Assembly: GCA_963792415.1 (NCBI GenBank)
Contig: CAWBVY010000006.1
Span: 608,001-672,000, forward strand
Origin: Candidatus Deferrimicrobiaceae bacterium
GTDB taxonomy: Bacteria > Desulfobacterota > Deferrimicrobia > Deferrimicrobiales > Deferrimicrobiaceae
Direction: 5' to 3'
DNA length: 64,000 bases
Under the pieces are notes generated by a model that was given only the letters and a program-made list of their open reading frames with translations, made no database searches and was not told the origin of the DNA. How positions within the stretch are numbered: position 1 is the first letter of the stretch; each line of letters begins with the position of its first letter. Shown here in pieces: positions 8,580 through 16,836 of the stretch. A program made the position numbers and the translations under genes.

Positions 8580-8610
8580 CCGGAACGGTACGGGGGGCGT
8601 ACGGCCTCCG

Positions 8611-9549
8611 ATGCACATCTTCTTCGCCACGGACGGGTCCGCCTCGGCCCGGTTCGCGCAGGCGCAGATCCTCGCGATGCCGTGGCGCGCCCCCGTCCAA
8701 CTCACCGTGATGACGGCGGTTCACATCCCCCCGCCGCCGTTCGCCTCCTTCGTCTCGTCGGCCCAGCAGGCGTTCGAGGCCGAGTTGGTCACCCTGCGTC
8801 TCGAGGCGGAAGTCCGTGCGGAAGAGGTGTTGGCCAAAGCGCGACACGCCTTCGAGGCAAGCGCTTCCAGCGTCGCCACGCGGATGCACGCAGGCTCCCC
8901 CGGGGCGACGATCGTCGAAATGGCCAGGGCGTGCCGCGTCGACCTGGTGGCGGTCGGCTCGCGGGGGCTGGGGCCCTACAAGGGATACCTGCTGGGGAGC
9001 GTGTCGGATCACGTCGCGAACCACGCCCGCTGCTCCGTGCTGCTGGCGAAGACTCCCCCGAAGAGGACGGAACGGTACCTGCTGGCCCTGGACGATTCCC
9101 GGTACGCCGTGGCGGTCCTCCGGTGGCTCAGGGAACTCGATCTGTCGAAGGGAGCCCGGATCCACCTGGTGAAGGTCTTCCGGTCCATGGACGACTTCCC
9201 GGATGCCGACGGCCGGGACTGGGTATGCGCCTGCGACAGGACGGCCCCCGCCATGTTCGCACCGTGGGGGGACGCCCCGGAGGTGCTGGAGGCGATGTGC
9301 GAAGAGGGGCTCGACACGAAGGTCGCCCGGGTGACCGTGGAGGTCCGGTTCGGCCAGGAGGTTCCGGAGATCCTGGCGTCCGTCCGGAAGTTCAAGCCGG
9401 AACTGCTGGTGATGGGCGCCAGGGGGCACTACTCGAGCGCGGCGTCCCCGCTCGGCAACGTGGCGCGCGAACTGATCGATGACGCGCCCTGCTCGGTCCT
9501 CATCGTGCGGCCTTCCGGTCCGGAGTTTCCCGATCCGATCTCCCTGTGA
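8611..9549 (+). CDS. Tandem-domain universal stress protein
   Basis: ATDGS, DLVAVGSRG, LLGSVSDHV, LLVMGARG, APCSVLIVR. Confidence 0.88.
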   Translation: MHIFFATDGSASARFAQAQILAMPWRAPVQLTVMTAVHIPPPPFASFVSSAQQAFEAELVTLRLEAEVRAEEVLAKARHAFEASASSVATRMHAGSPGATIVEMARACRVDLVAVGSRGLGPYKGYLLGSVSDHVANHARCSVLLAKTPPKRTERYLLALDDSRYAVAVLRWLRELDLSKGARIHLVKVFRSMDDFPDADGRDWVCACDRTAPAMFAPWGDAPEVLEAMCEEGLDTKVARVTVEVRFGQEVPEILASVRKFKPELLVMGARGHYSSAASPLGNVARELIDDAPCSVLIVRPSGPEFPDPISL

Positions 9550-9598
9550 CCTCCGGATCTTACCCTCCGGGTCCCTTATCGCGGCGAGATGCGGCGAT

Positions 9599-10576
9599 TC
9601 ACGCGGCCCCCCGCACGATGCCCACGCCCAGCGGGTCCGGCGGGTCGGCAGCGATCTTGCGGAACCCCGCCGACCGCATCATCCCGGCGATCTCCTTCGC
9701 CGTGTAGGCCCGTCCGCCCTCGGTCACCGCCACCATGTGGACGGAGAAGAAGGCCGGCCCCGGCGGGGACGTCTTCCCTTCCGCGAGCAGGAATTCCTGT
9801 ACGGCCGCCCGCCCCCCCGGCGCCAGGGCGGCGCGGGCCTTGCGCAGCAGCTTCCGGCAGTCGTCTTCGGGGAAGGCGTGCAGGATCTGGGAGATCCAGA
9901 TGAAGTCGTACGGTCCGCCGAGAGGGTCCTTGAGGAAATCCCCCTCCATCAGCCGGATCCGCGCCTCCACCCCCTTTTCCCGCAGGATCTTCCGGGCGAT
10001 CCGCAGCGTTCCCGGCGTGTCGAAGACGGCGATTTCCGCGCGGGGGTACGCCTGTGCCCACGCGACGGCGTAGGTGCCCGGCCCGCCCCCGAGGTCGAGG
10101 AGGCGGTCTCCGGCGTGGAGAGGAATCTTCCGGGCCACGGCCGCCGCCCGCTTCCGGGCGTTCTCCTCCATTCCCCGGATGAAGTTCTCCTGGTACCCGC
10201 CGTCCGCGCCACCGCCCTTTCCTTGCCCCGCCCGGATCGTGGCGGGAAGGCGACCCCATTCCCCCCACCCGTCGAGGTGGTGCAGGAGGATGGACTCCAT
10301 CGAACGCGGCCCCGGGAGCAGAACCTCCCGCGCCAACCGCGAGATCCCGTACCGGCGGCCGGCCTTGGAAAGCAGGCCGAGGACCACGAGGGCGTCGAGG
10401 AGGATGGAGAGCTTCCCGGGGTCGGCTCCGACCCGGCGCGCCAGCGCGGAGGCATCGCATTCCCCGGACGCAAGCCCCCGGAACACCCCGAGCTTCAGCG
10501 CGGCGAACAGGATCATCGCGCGCTGGTAGCCGTGCCCCAACGCCATCAGGTCGTCCATGTTCCGAACCGGTCTCAT
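9599..10576 (-). CDS. SAM-dependent O-methyltransferase (family 2, dimerisation domain)
   Basis: LLDLGGGPG motif I, GDFL, ISQILH; AGGAGGT RBS before ATG 10576. Confidence 0.88.
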   Translation of the reverse strand: MRPVRNMDDLMALGHGYQRAMILFAALKLGVFRGLASGECDASALARRVGADPGKLSILLDALVVLGLLSKAGRRYGISRLAREVLLPGPRSMESILLHHLDGWGEWGRLPATIRAGQGKGGGADGGYQENFIRGMEENARKRAAAVARKIPLHAGDRLLDLGGGPGTYAVAWAQAYPRAEIAVFDTPGTLRIARKILREKGVEARIRLMEGDFLKDPLGGPYDFIWISQILHAFPEDDCRKLLRKARAALAPGGRAAVQEFLLAEGKTSPPGPAFFSVHMVAVTEGGRAYTAKEIAGMMRSAGFRKIAADPPDPLGVGIVRGAA

Positions 10577-10581
10577 CCGCG

Positions 10582-12063
10582 TCACCTCCTCCGGGCCTTC
10601 TCCATTTTCCGAAGGACCGCGGCTCCCCCCGCCGCGTCCACGACATCGTACCCCGCGGCGCGGATCTTTTCCCGCAGCGCATCCGCCGCCGGGTAGTCGC
10701 CCCCCCGCCTTCGGGACTCCCGTTCCCGCGCCATCGCCGCCACCTCGGCGGGGATCATCGAATCCTCCCCTTCGCCGACTCCGACCGTTTCGTTTTCGGC
10801 GTCGGCTTCGGAGAGCAGGCCCACGCAGAGGACCGCGTCCCACTCCGTGGCGAGCGCCCGGGCAGCCTCCCCTCCGATCCCCGACCGGAGAGCCTTGCGA
10901 ACGACGGCGAGGGCGCGCGGCATGTTCAGGTCGTCCGAGATCGCGTCGCGGAATTCCGTCCTCGATGCCGCCGCGGCGTCCTCTCCCGACGTCGCCTCCA
11001 GCGCCGCCCGACGGAAAGCCGCCCGCAGGCGGGAACGGGCGCGGGCCGCCGCGGCCTGGCCCTCCCAGGTGAAGTTCATCGGCGTCGCGTAGTGAAGGGT
11101 CATGCAGTAATACCGGAAATCGGCGGCGGAGAATCCCTTCCCTCCCCCGGGCGGACCGGTTTCCAGGTCGTCCAGGGTGTACTCGTTCCCCGCCGACTTG
11201 GACATCTTCTTCCCGTCGACCAGCAGGTGGGCCGCGTGCAGCCAATGGGCGGCGAACCGCTTCCCCGTGGCCACCGTCGCGAGGGCCCGGGAATTCTCGT
11301 GGTGCGGGAACCGGAGGTCGATCCCCCCCACGTGCAGGTCGAACTCGGGCCCGAGGTGCCGGATCGCCATCGCCGCGCACTCCGAGTGCCAGCCGGGCCA
11401 TCCCCTCCCCCAGGGGCTGTCCCACTGGAACTCCCGCCCCGGCTCGGCGGGCATCCAGAGGACAAAGTCCTCCGGCCTCCTTTTGTGGCGGTGGCCCCCC
11501 GGGTCCGTCCGTTCCGCGGGCGCCCCCTCCCCGAGGGCGGCCCCCGAGAGGGCCCCGTACCCCGGAACCTTCGACACGTCGAAGTAGAGGTACCCGCCTC
11601 CCCCGTAGACGGCCCCACGCTCCTCGAGCGCGCGCACGAGCGCGATCATCTCCGGGACGTGTTCCGAGGCCCGCGGGTAGGCGTCCGCCGGGAGGAACGC
11701 CATCCTGCGGCAATCCCTGAAGTAGGCCTCCGTGAAAAATGCGGCGATCTCCCGCGCCGACTTCCCGGCCGCGCGGGCGGCGGCGATCACCTTGTCTTCG
11801 CCCTCCTCCAATTGCTCCTGGTGCATGTGCCCCATGTCCGTGATGTTCTGGACCGCGAAGGTGCCGTACCCGAGGAAGCGCAGGGTGCGGACGAGAAGGT
11901 CGGTGAGGAGGTACGTGCGGAGGTTCCCGATGTGGGCGTACCGGTAGACGGTGGGGCCGCAGGTGTAGATGCGCACCCGCTCCGGGTCGGCGGGTGCGAA
12001 GGGCACGCTCCCCCGGGATGCGCTGTCGTGCAGGAAGAGGCGCGTCCCGTCGCGCGTGTGCAC
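10582..12063 (-). CDS. cysS: Cysteine--tRNA ligase
   Basis: YTCGPTVY, HIGN, GWPGWHSEC, FPHHEN, KMSKS. Confidence 0.95.
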   Translation of the reverse strand: MHTRDGTRLFLHDSASRGSVPFAPADPERVRIYTCGPTVYRYAHIGNLRTYLLTDLLVRTLRFLGYGTFAVQNITDMGHMHQEQLEEGEDKVIAAARAAGKSAREIAAFFTEAYFRDCRRMAFLPADAYPRASEHVPEMIALVRALEERGAVYGGGGYLYFDVSKVPGYGALSGAALGEGAPAERTDPGGHRHKRRPEDFVLWMPAEPGREFQWDSPWGRGWPGWHSECAAMAIRHLGPEFDLHVGGIDLRFPHHENSRALATVATGKRFAAHWLHAAHLLVDGKKMSKSAGNEYTLDDLETGPPGGGKGFSAADFRYYCMTLHYATPMNFTWEGQAAAARARSRLRAAFRRAALEATSGEDAAAASRTEFRDAISDDLNMPRALAVVRKALRSGIGGEAARALATEWDAVLCVGLLSEADAENETVGVGEGEDSMIPAEVAAMARERESRRRGGDYPAADALREKIRAAGYDVVDAAGGAAVLRKMEKARRR

Positions 12064-12067
12064 CAAG

Positions 12068-12265
12068 CTACATCTCCTGGTGCGATTCCTTCTCGATCTC
12101 ATCGGAGAGGAGTTTCACGTGCTTCTTCTCCTCTTCCGCGAGATACCGGAACAGCTCCCGTATCTCCGGCTGCGTGGCGATCCGCGCATATTCCGTGTAG
12201 TTCCGGTACGCGACCTTCTCGCGCTCCAGCGCCATCCGGATCACGTCCATCGGGTTTACGGGCAT
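12068..12265 (-). CDS. Half ferritin-like/rubrerythrin-like small protein (65 aa)
   Basis: ALEREK...LAEEEKKH diiron half-motif; GGAGG RBS. Confidence 0.8.
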   Translation of the reverse strand: MPVNPMDVIRMALEREKVAYRNYTEYARIATQPEIRELFRYLAEEEKKHVKLLSDEIEKESHQEM

Positions 12266-12334
12266 CTCGATACCTCCAGCGGGATGGAAGGTCCGGAGCG
12301 CCTCCGGGCGCGCCGGGCAACCGGGGGAATCCTT

Positions 12335-12718
12335 TCAGCCGGGGTGCTTCTTGTCGTAATCCGCGAGAGCGGACTTGACCGCCTCCTCCGCCATGACCGA
12401 GCAGTGGATCTTCACCGCCGGCAGCCCGTCGAGCGCGTCCGCGACGTGCTGGTTCGAGATCGCCCGCGCCTCTTCGAGGGTCTTCCCCTTGATCATCTCC
12501 GTCAGCATCGAGCTGGAGGCGATCGCCGCCCCGCACCCGAACGTCCGGAACTTCGCGTCGACGACCTTCCCCCCGTCGATCTTGAGGTAGAGGCGCATCA
12601 TGTCGCCGCACGCCGGGTTGCCGACCTCGCCGACGCCGTCGGCGCTCTCGATCTCCCCCACGTTCCGGGGATTCATGAAGTGGTCCATCACCTTTTCGCT
12701 ATAGGGTCCCGCCGCCAT
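12335..12718 (-). CDS. iscU: Fe-S scaffold IscU/NifU N-terminal type
   Basis: [30 protein letters not shown]; all three Cys ligands present. Confidence 0.95.
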   Translation of the reverse strand: MAAGPYSEKVMDHFMNPRNVGEIESADGVGEVGNPACGDMMRLYLKIDGGKVVDAKFRTFGCGAAIASSSMLTEMIKGKTLEEARAISNQHVADALDGLPAVKIHCSVMAEEAVKSALADYDKKHPG

Positions 12719-12725
12719 GATCCGG

Positions 12726-13946
12726 TCATCCTCCTTTGATTTGCTGCTTCTGGTAGTCGAGATACGTCGGGGACATCTCCCTGAGCCGTTGCACGATGCC
12801 GGGCATCGCGTCGAGGGCCAGACGGACCTCGTCCGCGGTGTTCCCCTTCCCGAGACTGAAGGTGATCGACCCGGTGCAGATGTCGCTCGGCACGCCGATC
12901 GCCCGCAGGACGGGGGAAGCCACGAGATCCTCCTCGTCGTGCCCCCGGAGATTGGAACTGCACGCGGATCCGGACGCGGCCATCACCCCTTTCATGTTGA
13001 GGAACAGGAGGAGCGATTCCCCCTCGACATGCTCCACCCAGAAGGAGACGTGCCCGGGAAGACGCTCGGACGGGTGCCCGGTGTAGTGGAGCATCGGGAT
13101 CGCGGCCAGGCCGTCCCACAGGACCTTCCCCAGGCGGGAGAGATGCTCCGCCCACGCGCCCATCTCCCGACCCGCGAGGATCGCCGCCGCGCCCATCCCC
13201 ACCACGGCGGGGACATTTTCGGTCCCGGCCCGGTACCCCATCTCCTGGAACCCGCCGAACGTCCGTGGCGCCACCTTCGTCCCCTCGCGGAGGTAGAGCG
13301 CCCCGGCCCCTTTCGGTCCGTAGAAATTGTGCGCCGAGAGGGTGACGAGATCCGCGGGGATCTCCCGGACGTCCAGGGGGATGTGCCCCGCCGACGCGGT
13401 GGCGTCGACGTGGAACGTGACTCCCGCCTCCTTCGCGATCCGCCCGATCGGACCGACCGGCTCGATCGTTCCGATCTCGGAGTTGGCGTGCATCACCGAG
13501 ACGAGTGCCGTGTCGGCCCGAAGGGCCTTCCGGACGGCGTCGGGGTCGACCACGCCGTTCCGGTCCACGGGAAGAATGGTCACCTCGTACCCCGCGTTGC
13601 GCAGCGGAATCAACGCGTTCATCACGGAGAAGTGCTCGACGTCCGACACGACGACGTGCCGCTTCCGGGCGCCTGTCCCTTCCGCCGCGCCGAGGACGGC
13701 GAGGTTGTTCGACTCGGTGGCTCCCGAGGTGAAGACGATCTCTCCCGCCTTCGCCCCGATCAGCGCCGCGACCTCGCCCCTCGCCTGATCGACCGCCCGC
13801 AGCGCCGCCTGCCCCTGGTCATGGATGTGGGAGGACGGGTTCCCGTACCGATCGAGGAAGTACGGACGCATCGCCTCGAAGACGCGGGGGTCGAGGGGGG
13901 TGGTCGATATATGGTCGAAAAAGGCCTTGGTCATCGGATCGTCCAC
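12726..13946 (-). CDS. iscS: Cysteine desulfurase-like protein (IscS/NifS family) lacking the PLP lysine
   Basis: [29 protein letters not shown]; [10 protein letters not shown] instead of SAHKFYGPKG. Confidence 0.9.
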   Translation of the reverse strand: MDDPMTKAFFDHISTTPLDPRVFEAMRPYFLDRYGNPSSHIHDQGQAALRAVDQARGEVAALIGAKAGEIVFTSGATESNNLAVLGAAEGTGARKRHVVVSDVEHFSVMNALIPLRNAGYEVTILPVDRNGVVDPDAVRKALRADTALVSVMHANSEIGTIEPVGPIGRIAKEAGVTFHVDATASAGHIPLDVREIPADLVTLSAHNFYGPKGAGALYLREGTKVAPRTFGGFQEMGYRAGTENVPAVVGMGAAAILAGREMGAWAEHLSRLGKVLWDGLAAIPMLHYTGHPSERLPGHVSFWVEHVEGESLLLFLNMKGVMAASGSACSSNLRGHDEEDLVASPVLRAIGVPSDICTGSITFSLGKGNTADEVRLALDAMPGIVQRLREMSPTYLDYQKQQIKGG

Positions 13947-13956
13947 CCTCCCCCGT

Positions 13957-14154
13957 TCACGGCGTGACGTTGAACTGCTCCATCTTTTCCCTGATGAGTT
14001 TCAGGTGGTTGCGCTCCTCGTCGGCAAGAAAGCGGAACATCGACTTCACGGCCGGGTTGGCCGCCTCGGCGGCGCTCTTCTCGTACTCCGCGAAGTTCTC
14101 CGCCTCCAGGCGGAGCGCCATCCGCAATGCCTCTTCCATGGACCAGTTCGCCAT
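13957..14154 (-). CDS. Half ferritin-like/rubrerythrin-like small protein (65 aa)
   Basis: ALRLEAE...LADEERNH; GGAGGAG RBS before ATG 14154. Confidence 0.8.
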   Translation of the reverse strand: MANWSMEEALRMALRLEAENFAEYEKSAAEAANPAVKSMFRFLADEERNHLKLIREKMEQFNVTP

Positions 14155-14291
14155 CACGCTCTCCTCCGACGGCACGTATCAATTTATGATTTACCCGGAG
14201 CGGATTCCGTTTCAAACGAATCCTCCCGGATCGCCATAATACCATGGAGGGGGACGGTGGTCGCCCGCCGATGGGCCGCATCGAGGCAGGC

Positions 14292-14307
14292 GGGCATCGG
14301 ATTTGCT
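14292..14307 (+). promoter_or_regulatory. Putative sigma54 promoter
   Basis: GGGCATCGGATTTGCT matches the -24 GG/-12 TTGC spacing upstream of the TlpA gene. Confidence 0.5.
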
Positions 14308-14352
14308 ATCATGTGCATCGAAGGTGGACAGATGCATCACGGGGGACATGGA

Positions 14353-14922
14353 ATGAAGTGGGGTACGTTGTCGCGCAGAGGGATCGGGGCGGTTCCGCTG
14401 ATCCTGGCGCTGGTCGTGGTGCTGGCGGGAGCCCTGCTTCTATACCGGAATTGGCAACAGGAACGAGGGTTTACGAAGGCAGAGTCGGGATCGGCGGCGG
14501 GGCTTCCCGGGTCCGGGACCGCCCCCCCGTTTTCCCTCAAGGACACGAACGGAAACATCTACTCCTCCGTCCAGCTCGCGGGGAAACCGGCGGCCATCAA
14601 CTTCTTCGCTACCTGGTGCCCCCCCTGCCGGGAGGAGATCCCCGGCTTCGTCGAGGTGTACAACAAGCACAAGGAGAAAGGGTTCGAGTTGATCGGCATC
14701 TCGCTCGATACCGACACGCGGGAAAATCTTCCGGGATTCCTGATGAGCAACAAGATCGGCTACAAGATCCTTTTCGGGGACCTGGCCACCGCCCGGGCGT
14801 ACGGCGGGGTCTCCGCCCTCCCGACCACCTTCTTCATTGGCAAGGACGGGGAGATCAAGAACGTGCACGTCGGCTACATGGACAAGGACGCGTTCGACGA
14901 GGAAGTCCGGAAACTTCTCTAA
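14353..14922 (+). CDS. TlpA/ResA-family thiol-disulfide oxidoreductase, membrane anchored
   Basis: N-terminal TM, NFFATWCPPCREEIP, LPTTFFI. Confidence 0.9.
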   Translation: MKWGTLSRRGIGAVPLILALVVVLAGALLLYRNWQQERGFTKAESGSAAGLPGSGTAPPFSLKDTNGNIYSSVQLAGKPAAINFFATWCPPCREEIPGFVEVYNKHKEKGFELIGISLDTDTRENLPGFLMSNKIGYKILFGDLATARAYGGVSALPTTFFIGKDGEIKNVHVGYMDKDAFDEEVRKLL

Positions 14923-14962
14923 AAAAGGGAAGGGGGCGAAAAGGTGTTCTTTCGCCCCCTCC
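14921..14962 (-). terminator. Terminator hairpin between convergent tlpA and ferredoxin
   Basis: GGGGGCGAAA/TTTCGCCCCC stem with A-tract on the + strand side (U-tract on -). Confidence 0.6.
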
Positions 14963-15004
14963 GGCCGGCCGATGCCGGCAATTTTCGTCCCGGTGCCGTT
15001 CCCG

Positions 15005-15175
15005 TTACGCCGGGACGCACGCCGCGGTAGGGCACACCCCCGCGCACGCCGCGCAATCCGTGCAGGTGCTTGCGTCGATCGTGTAGATCGGGTCCCCCTC
15101 CGCGATGCACTGGACGGGGCATTCCGGTACGCACGCGCCGCAGGCGATGCACTCCTCCGTGATTTTGTACGCCAT
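15005..15175 (-). CDS. 2[4Fe-4S] ferredoxin (56 aa, below ORF-track cutoff)
   Basis: MAYKITEECIACGACVPECPVQCI...CTDCAACAGVCP; GGAGGT RBS. Confidence 0.95.
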   Translation of the reverse strand: MAYKITEECIACGACVPECPVQCIAEGDPIYTIDASTCTDCAACAGVCPTAACVPA

Positions 15176-15203
15176 GACACCTCCCTCCGAATGAGTTAGT
15201 GGG

Positions 15204-15422
15204 TTATACGGATTCCACCCGTTCGACGGCCGGAATCCGCTCCTTGAGAGCCGCCTCGATGCCGCCCTTCAACGTCATGTTGGCCATCGGGCAGCCGCCG
15301 CATGCGCCCAAAAGGCGCACCTTCACCACGCCGCCGTCGATGTCGACGAGTTCCACGTCTCCCCCATCGGCCTGGAGGGCGGGGCGAATGCTTTCCAGCA
15401 CTTTCTCGACTTCTGGTCTCAC
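15204..15422 (-). CDS. NifU C-terminal domain (Nfu-type Fe-S carrier)
   Basis: [22 protein letters not shown]. Confidence 0.92.
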   Translation of the reverse strand: MRPEVEKVLESIRPALQADGGDVELVDIDGGVVKVRLLGACGGCPMANMTLKGGIEAALKERIPAVERVESV

Positions 15423-15515
15423 CGGTACACCTCCTCGATTTCCCGCAATGTCGTCAACATTCCGCCATCATCCCAATAAGATGCAGGGGGAGGATCCTCC
15501 GTTCCTTGACGCGGG

Positions 15516-16154
15516 TCAATCCGCGGAAAGAAGGTCGAACCCCGATTTCCTGATCGCGGCCTTCACCACCTTGTAGTTCCTGGCCTCGATCCGAAGGACG
15601 AACACCTTGCGCCCCGGATCGTCGTGCGGCGAGGTGGCCACCGACACGATGTTCGCGTCGAAATCCTTCAGGAGTTTCAACACCTCGAAGAGCATCCCGG
15701 GCCTGTTCGCCAGCGCGACCTCGATCCGGTACCCCGGGCCGCTGACGCCCATCGCCTCGATGAAACTGTCGATGATGTCGGTTTCCGTGAGGATCCCGAC
15801 GAGCTTCCCGTCGTCCACGACGGGCAGGCAGCCGATCTTCTTCTCCCGGAGGATCAGGGCCGCCTCCTCGATCGGGGCCGTGGAGGAGACGGTGTACGGC
15901 CGCCGCGTCATGATCTGCTTCACCTTGACCTTGTCGAGAAGGTAGTAGATCTCCCGGATCTCGAGGGCGGTCGCCGGGGAAGGGGACGCCTGCTTGATGT
16001 CCCGCTCCGAGAGGATGCCGACGAGCCGTTCGCCGTCTTTCAGGACGGGGAGGTGACGGATCTCGTGTTCCTTCAGAAGGTCCATCGCCTTCTTCATCGA
16101 GTCCCCCTCGTCGACGACCACGGGGTTCCGCTTCATCCGCTTGGCGACGTTCAT
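15516..16154 (-). CDS. CBS-pair + ACT domain protein (AcuB-like)
   Basis: IRHLPV, KQASPSPATALE, IGCLPV, NRPGML ACT. Confidence 0.88.
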   Translation of the reverse strand: MNVAKRMKRNPVVVDEGDSMKKAMDLLKEHEIRHLPVLKDGERLVGILSERDIKQASPSPATALEIREIYYLLDKVKVKQIMTRRPYTVSSTAPIEEAALILREKKIGCLPVVDDGKLVGILTETDIIDSFIEAMGVSGPGYRIEVALANRPGMLFEVLKLLKDFDANIVSVATSPHDDPGRKVFVLRIEARNYKVVKAAIRKSGFDLLSAD

Positions 16155-16191
16155 CGCAGTCCCTCCTCGGCGAATTCGTTACCGCTCCGCA

Positions 16192-16785
16192 TCAGGTGAA
16201 CAGGCGACGGACCAGATCGAACGCCCGGGTCACATCGCCCCCCGAAACGACAATGCAGGTGGACCCCTCCCGCTTCCACAGGACGAACGACTTCCCGTCC
16301 CGCTCCCCCGAGACGAACGACCCCTCGGGGAAGATCGCGACGGTGGAAGTCCCGAGAAACCGGTCCCGGGCGGACACCACGAGCAGATACCTCTCCCCCG
16401 CGTAGCGGAACCGCAGCGAGACGACCGGGCGGTTCGGAAACACCTCCCTGCGGACCTCGACGGGGACGAAGTCGGGGTCGTCCCTCGGGAAAGCGATGGG
16501 GACGCCCGCGAGGGCCCGGAACCTCTTTTCCGCCTCAGCGGCATCCGGCGGCGCGTTGACGGCTCCCGTCGACGGTGCGGCATCGAACAGAACGATCGCC
16601 TCGCGGGCGAAGGCGTCGACCCGGCGGACTCCCGTGTCACGGGCGATTCGCCAGCCGACGACGGCGACCATGAGGGTGAGAAAAACAAGGACGAACGCCA
16701 GCCGGGGGCGAAACTCCAGAAGCCCGGCCAGGGACGACGCGTCATCCAATCGGCGCGCCGGGTCTCGGTTCGTCGCACTCCCCAT
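16192..16785 (-). CDS. Hypothetical single-TM protein (anti-sigma C-terminal-like)
   Basis: One TM helix, soluble C-domain; codirectional with neighbours. Confidence 0.55.
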   Translation of the reverse strand: MGSATNRDPARRLDDASSLAGLLEFRPRLAFVLVFLTLMVAVVGWRIARDTGVRRVDAFAREAIVLFDAAPSTGAVNAPPDAAEAEKRFRALAGVPIAFPRDDPDFVPVEVRREVFPNRPVVSLRFRYAGERYLLVVSARDRFLGTSTVAIFPEGSFVSGERDGKSFVLWKREGSTCIVVSGGDVTRAFDLVRRLFT

Positions 16786-16836
16786 CGATCGATCCCCTCC
16801 GACGCCCGCCCGCCACATACCAAGGGTATTGTACGA

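Noticed and set aside
5009-9600. Intact integrative element at tRNA-Val
   Set aside because: I found no integrase and no duplicated tRNA 3' end (attR) by eye; at most a remnant.
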